Positions 33,718 through 37,576 of a stretch of 37,576 nucleotides of DNA are shown in pieces. Numbering within the stretch: position 1 is the stretch's first letter; the number at the start of each line of letters is the position of its first letter. Under the pieces are notes generated by a model. It was not told the origin of the DNA, did not search any database, and worked only from the letters and a program-made list of their open reading frames with translations. The stretch spans positions 16,079 to 53,654 of the forward strand of contig CAYSZI010000001.1 in assembly GCA_964435545.1 (NCBI GenBank). Reading direction: 5' to 3'. The position numbers and the translations under genes were made by a program. The DNA is from an uncultured Candidatus Saccharibacteria bacterium. GTDB taxonomy: Bacteria; Patescibacteriota; Minisyncoccia; Phycocordibacterales; UBA9973.

Positions 33718-35727
33718 ATGTCAGAAATTAAAAAATTTTCTTTTGAAAGGGAAAAATTAGAACAAATTAAATCATACAAATTCGGAAAAAATTGGCCGGT
33801 TGTTTATATAATAGAAAACGGAAAAGAAATATATATAGGAGAAACAGTTCACGCATACAGCAGAAGTAAACAACACTATGACAGCAATCCAGAAAGGAGA
33901 AAATTAAAGAATTTATATATAATTAGCGATAATGAATACAATAAATCAGCAGCCTTAGATATTGAATCTTGGCTTATTCAGTATATTTCAGCGGAAGGAT
34001 CGTTTACTTTACAAAACGGCAACAACGGACTAAAAAATCATAATTATTTTGAAAGAGAAAAATACAAAGCAAAATTTGAAATAATTTGGGAAAGACTAAA
34101 AGAAATTTCTTTAGTTAATAAAGATCTTATTCAGATACGAAATAGTGATCTTTTTAAATATTCACCATATAAATCTCTAACAGAGGATCAAATTTTTGTT
34201 GCAAAAAAAATATGTAAAAATATTGAATCTGGATTAGAAAATAAATATATAATAAACGGCAAACCGGGTACAGGTAAAACAATACTAGCAATATACCTTG
34301 TTAAATTTCTGACAGAACAAGAAAAAACAAAACACCTAAAAATTGCTTTAGTTGTACCAATGACATCATTAAGAAAAACAATAAAAAAAGTTTTTTCAAA
34401 GGTAGCGGGATTTAATGCTAAAATGGTTATAGGTCCAAGCGATGTAGTAAAAAATAAATATGATGTTTTAATTGTCGACGAAGCACATCGACTCAAACAA
34501 CGAGTAAATTTAACAAATTACCCAGTTTTTGATCAAACAAACGTAAAACTAAATTTAGACAAAACAGGTACTGAACTTGATTGGATAATCAAATCTTCAA
34601 AACACCAAATTTTGTTTTATGATAAAAATCAAAGCGTTAAACCAACAGACATAAATCCTAAAAAAATCACTGACTTGGACGCCATCCATTATGATCTCAT
34701 TAGCCAACAAAGAATAGATGCGGGTGAAGAATATACTAATTTTATAGATGACCTTTTTGACCTTCAAGATATTTCAAAGTATAAATTTTCAAATTACGAC
34801 TTAAGGATTTACACAAACATACAAGACATGGTTTCCGATATAAAAACAAAAGATTCAGAACATAAATTATCGAGAATTGTTGCTGGATACGCTTGGCCAT
34901 GGAAAACAAAAGGTAATAAACCAGGATATGATATAGAAATTGATGGTACTAAATTAATTTGGAATAGTACCGCACAAGATTGGGTTAACTCAAATAATTC
35001 GATAAACGAAGTTGGTTGTATTCACACAGTGCAAGGATATGATTTAAATTACATCGGAGTAATAATTGGACCAGAATTAGCATATGACGAAATAAATAAT
35101 AAAATTATAATTAATTCTGAAAAATATAAGGACATTAATGGTAAGCGTTCAATCACCGAACCTAAAGAATTAGAAAGATATATAATTAATATATACAAAA
35201 CATTGCTTACAAGAGGAATAAAAGGTACCTATATATACGCAGTAGACAAGTCATTAGAAAAATATTTATTAAAAAACATAAATATTAAAAAAAATAATTC
35301 TGAAATTATATCACCATATATTACTGAATATAAAATGGTTGATATACCTTTATTTGAATCGGTAGGCTGCGGAGAGTTAATGTACGCAGATCAAAATAGC
35401 TTAGAAATGATCTCGGTTAGGAAAGATTATATGTCTTCTGGTTCAAAATATTTTGTTTTAAGAGTAACAGGAGATTCCATGAACAAAGCAGGTATCAACA
35501 GCGGTGACTTAGTCTTGTGTGTTAAAAATTACCACCCTGAGATTGGAAATAAAGTTGTAGCACTAATAGGAGACGACGCAACAATCAAGGAATACCACAG
35601 AGAAAATAATAATGTAATTTTAAAACCAGTTTCAAGCAACCAGCAACACAAACCTATGAAGTTTACGGAATATGACGAAATAAAAATACAAGGTGTTGTT
35701 GTAAGAGTGTTAGACAAGGATGAATAA
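33718..35727 (+). CDS. Fusion protein: GIY-YIG nuclease + DUF2075-type P-loop helicase + LexA/UmuD-type S24 peptidase domain
   Basis: GIY-YIG: VVY28-30, YIG39-41, R49, E83. NTPase: Walker A GKPGTGKT (181-188), Walker B DEAH (254-257), IHTVQGYDLNYIGVIIG. S24: IPLFESVGCGELMYA, RVTGDSMNKAGINSGDLVL (Ser587), ATIKEY (Lys624). Starts 3 nt after the MazG stop. Confidence 0.85.
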   Translation: MSEIKKFSFEREKLEQIKSYKFGKNWPVVYIIENGKEIYIGETVHAYSRSKQHYDSNPERRKLKNLYIISDNEYNKSAALDIESWLIQYISAEGSFTLQNGNNGLKNHNYFEREKYKAKFEIIWERLKEISLVNKDLIQIRNSDLFKYSPYKSLTEDQIFVAKKICKNIESGLENKYIINGKPGTGKTILAIYLVKFLTEQEKTKHLKIALVVPMTSLRKTIKKVFSKVAGFNAKMVIGPSDVVKNKYDVLIVDEAHRLKQRVNLTNYPVFDQTNVKLNLDKTGTELDWIIKSSKHQILFYDKNQSVKPTDINPKKITDLDAIHYDLISQQRIDAGEEYTNFIDDLFDLQDISKYKFSNYDLRIYTNIQDMVSDIKTKDSEHKLSRIVAGYAWPWKTKGNKPGYDIEIDGTKLIWNSTAQDWVNSNNSINEVGCIHTVQGYDLNYIGVIIGPELAYDEINNKIIINSEKYKDINGKRSITEPKELERYIINIYKTLLTRGIKGTYIYAVDKSLEKYLLKNINIKKNNSEIISPYITEYKMVDIPLFESVGCGELMYADQNSLEMISVRKDYMSSGSKYFVLRVTGDSMNKAGINSGDLVLCVKNYHPEIGNKVVALIGDDATIKEYHRENNNVILKPVSSNQQHKPMKFTEYDEIKIQGVVVRVLDKDE

Positions 35728-36253
35728 TTTCACCCTCAAAAAATCCCGCACGACCAAACGGATTCGGATTTCGGTTCATCCTGATGGCAAGGTTAGTGTT
35801 TCGGCGCCGCAGCTTGTGCCGGATTTTTTGGTGCGACGATTTGTGGAATCAAAGAAAAATTGGATTGAGGAAAAGCTGGAATATTTTAAAAAACATCCAG
35901 TTGAAAAATCCCCATTTTTAATTAAGCCGAGAATGAATGAGGCAAATAAAAAACAAGCACTTGCGCTTGTTTATGAACGACTTAAACATTTCAATAATTT
36001 CTATAATTTCCCTTACAACAATGTCAGCATCCGAAATCAAAAAACTCGCTGGGGAAGTTGTTCGAAAAGAAAAAATTTAAATTTTAATTTTAAAATAATA
36101 TTCCTTACACCCGAACAACAAGACTACATTGTCGTGCATGAATTGTGTCATTTGCAAGAATTCAATCACGGCAAAAAATTTTGGGACCTTGTGGCAAAAC
36201 AGAGCCCGGATTATAAAAATATTCGTTCGTCAATCAAAAAATTTAGGTTATAA
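35720..36253 (+). CDS. DUF45/YgjP-like HExxH zinc metallohydrolase (M48/SprT-like)
   Basis: RWGSCSKRKNLNFNFKIIFL...DYIVVHELCHLQEFNHGKKFW. The ATG overlaps the preceding gene's last codons by 8 nt (GGATGAATAA). Confidence 0.8.
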   Translation: MNNFTLKKSRTTKRIRISVHPDGKVSVSAPQLVPDFLVRRFVESKKNWIEEKLEYFKKHPVEKSPFLIKPRMNEANKKQALALVYERLKHFNNFYNFPYNNVSIRNQKTRWGSCSKRKNLNFNFKIIFLTPEQQDYIVVHELCHLQEFNHGKKFWDLVAKQSPDYKNIRSSIKKFRL

Positions 36254-36267
36254 TACTATTTATCATT

Positions 36268-36525
36268 ATGAACAAATACTTGCGCACACCAAGCAAAATA
36301 ATCGACTTACATGGACACACCACATCCGAGGCAAAAATCGCGTTAGACGAGCTTTTGAAATCAAACGAGAGCTATGTGAGAATAATAGTGGGGAAGGGCA
36401 ATCATAGCAAAGAGGGTCCAGTACTTAGAGATTTTGTAAAGAAATATTTCTTGAGTAAAAACATTCATTTCAATCAATCAAAAATTAGTGACGGTGGCGA
36501 AGGTGCGCTCGAAGTTTTTTTATAA
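36268..36525 (+). CDS. Stand-alone Smr (small MutS-related) domain protein
   Basis: IIDLHGHTTSEAKIALDELL and RIIVGKGNHSKEGPVLRDFV motifs. 85 aa. Confidence 0.8.
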   Translation: MNKYLRTPSKIIDLHGHTTSEAKIALDELLKSNESYVRIIVGKGNHSKEGPVLRDFVKKYFLSKNIHFNQSKISDGGEGALEVFL

Positions 36526-36532
36526 AATTGGC

Positions 36533-36585
36533 AAAAAAAATTCCACGCAAATGCTTTGAAAAGCTTTCGCGTGGACTTATTTTTG
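36533..36585. terminator. Bidirectional terminator closing the operon
   Basis: A8-TCCACGC-structured loop-GCGTGGA-CTTATTTTT, between the convergent stops at 36525 and 36605. Confidence 0.65.
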
Positions 36586-36604
36586 CACTATTCAAACACA
36601 ACAT

Positions 36605-37408
36605 TTAGTATCGTGATATTATTATATTTTTTACTTTAGTAAGAATTTTTGGATATTTTTTTAGTATATCCTTAACTCTTTCGATTTTTTGTTCGCCCTT
36701 TTTGCAGACAAGCTCACCAGAATCTAAACCGGCTTCTTTAAAAATCTGCAGATATTTTTCATATTCTTCACTGTATGTGTTGGGTCCAATTTCACCAATG
36801 GCATGCGACACAAGATTTATAAGTGATTGAACTAAAAAATATTCTCCGGCAATTTTTATTGAAACCACATCTGAATTAAATTCCACATCAGAACCAGTAT
36901 GGCTCTGTTGTGAATGCCAGTATTCCTGCTGCAAAATTGAGTTTGCATATCTTTCAAAAGAAATGAGGGAATCAATTCCTTCTTTTTTTAAAAGTTCTAC
37001 TCCGACTTTATAGCTTCTTTTAATGGCGTAGCGATTTAACTCTATAAATCCACCGTTTGGTTCAAACTCTCCAGCAAAAGGTGAAATCGTATCGTCTACG
37101 ATAATCATGTTTACACCGATGAACGTACCGCAATTACACGGAACATCTCGGAATTCACCACCATTACTTCCGAAGACGGTTTTTACCTTTAAGGTCTTCC
37201 CGAAAGGACAGGGAAATTTTCCAATAGGGGCAGACATAGTCTCTTTTAAGAGTTTATCTACTTCTCTCCATCTTGGATGTGGATCGGTATTTGGATGAAT
37301 AGATTTAACAACACACAAGGTATCGGTAAATTCAGTTTTTGTAGGTGTGCTTGAATTGCCACAACCAAACAAGAAAATCAAAACGGGCAACAAAAATACA
37401 TATTTCAT
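36605..37408 (-). CDS. Hypothetical lipoprotein (267 aa)
   Basis: Signal peptide plus lipobox MKYVFLLPVLIFLFG|C. No family recognised. Confidence 0.6.
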   Translation of the reverse strand: MKYVFLLPVLIFLFGCGNSSTPTKTEFTDTLCVVKSIHPNTDPHPRWREVDKLLKETMSAPIGKFPCPFGKTLKVKTVFGSNGGEFRDVPCNCGTFIGVNMIIVDDTISPFAGEFEPNGGFIELNRYAIKRSYKVGVELLKKEGIDSLISFERYANSILQQEYWHSQQSHTGSDVEFNSDVVSIKIAGEYFLVQSLINLVSHAIGEIGPNTYSEEYEKYLQIFKEAGLDSGELVCKKGEQKIERVKDILKKYPKILTKVKNIIISRY

Positions 37409-37428
37409 GTGTGAACGAATTTAAGAAG

Positions 37429-37457
37429 ATATTAACATTATTTCGAGATATTGTCAA
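37429..37457 (-). promoter_or_regulatory. Sigma70-type promoter of the lipoprotein gene
   Basis: The minus strand reads TTGACA-N17-TAATAT, 20 nt upstream of the ATG at 37408. Confidence 0.65.
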
Positions 37458-37526
37458 ATACATAAAAAATTTAGCTCTTGGGAAAATAACTTCTATACAC
37501 ATCGCGCAAAATTTGTGTTGTTTTAT

Positions 37527-37535
37527 TTATCCACA
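37527..37535 (+). promoter_or_regulatory. Perfect DnaA-box-like 9-mer TTATCCACA
   Basis: Lies 11 nt upstream of the TTGCTT -35 at 37547. It shares the 13-mer TTTATCCACAGAT with the copy at 4704-4716. Confidence 0.5.
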
Positions 37536-37546
37536 GATGTTTTTGC

Positions 37547-37575
37547 TTGCTTGTGAACGAGCGTTCACATATACT
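37547..37575 (+). promoter_or_regulatory. Outward-facing promoter whose spacer is a GAAC-N4-GTTC palindrome (SOS/Cheo-box-like operator)
   Basis: TTGCTT-N17-TATACT. The spacer holds TGTGAACG-AG-CGTTCACA (37552-37569) with core GAACGAGCGTTC (37555-37566). The target gene lies beyond the window end. Confidence 0.5.
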
Positions 37576-37576
37576 T

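Noticed and set aside
4705-37535. DnaA boxes as evidence for a replication origin in this window.
   Set aside because: The boxes are isolated single copies 12-20 kb apart rather than a cluster with an AT-rich unwinding element. No dnaA or dnaN gene is present. A promoter-associated regulatory role fits better.
1-37576. Alternative genetic code (UGA recoded), as in some candidate phyla.
   Set aside because: All conserved genes are full length under the standard bacterial code. The histidine kinase ends at a TGA at its expected C-terminus. No gene appears split at in-frame TGA codons.
1-37576. CRISPR arrays, rRNA genes, transposases, integrases or prophage structural genes.
   Set aside because: No regularly spaced direct repeats and none of these gene classes were seen on either strand. 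The only RNA gene found is tRNA-His.

Overview
The window is AT-rich and densely packed, and is mostly housekeeping genes from a small-genome bacterium. That is compatible with a CPR/Patescibacteria-like or other reduced lineage, but this placement is inference only. All calls rest on motif recognition by eye; no database or HMM search was possible.

Clear calls:
- Four aminoacyl-tRNA synthetases: cysS, trpS, archaeal-type aspS and gltX.
- corA, rplU, recR and dnaB.
- A scpA-scpB-murE-like-mraY-ftsW-murG operon.
- A guaB-purA pair.
- A GAF-type histidine kinase with no partner regulator.
- One atypical tRNA-His(GUG).

Two regions look accessory:
1. 12.3-19.5 kb is a hydrolase and ligase island. 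It holds an S66 LD-carboxypeptidase/MccF-like gene fused onto the aspS operon, two M14 AstE/AspA/MpaA-like zinc hydrolases, an M20 peptidase, a GNAT with a zinc-ribbon insert, a YerC/TrpR-like regulator and a GSP-synthase-like ATP-grasp enzyme.
2. 32.8-36.6 kb is a tight five-gene plus-strand operon: VOC, MazG-like NTP pyrophosphohydrolase, a 669-aa fusion protein, a DUF45/HExxH metalloprotease and an Smr protein. The fusion joins a GIY-YIG nuclease, a DUF2075 P-loop helicase and a LexA/UmuD-type S24 self-cleaving domain with a UmuD-like Cys-Gly site. This is my best candidate for an undescribed DNA-damage- or phage-sensing system.

Other signals:
- A GAAC-N4-GTTC palindrome filling a promoter spacer at the 3' window edge.
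- Perfect TTATCCACA (DnaA-box) 9-mers found only in intergenic promoter regions.
- Promoter -10 boxes 6-10 nt from ATGs with no Shine-Dalgarno sequences, implying leaderless mRNAs.
- A family of very long perfect hairpins.

No CRISPR array, rRNA, transposase or integrase was seen.
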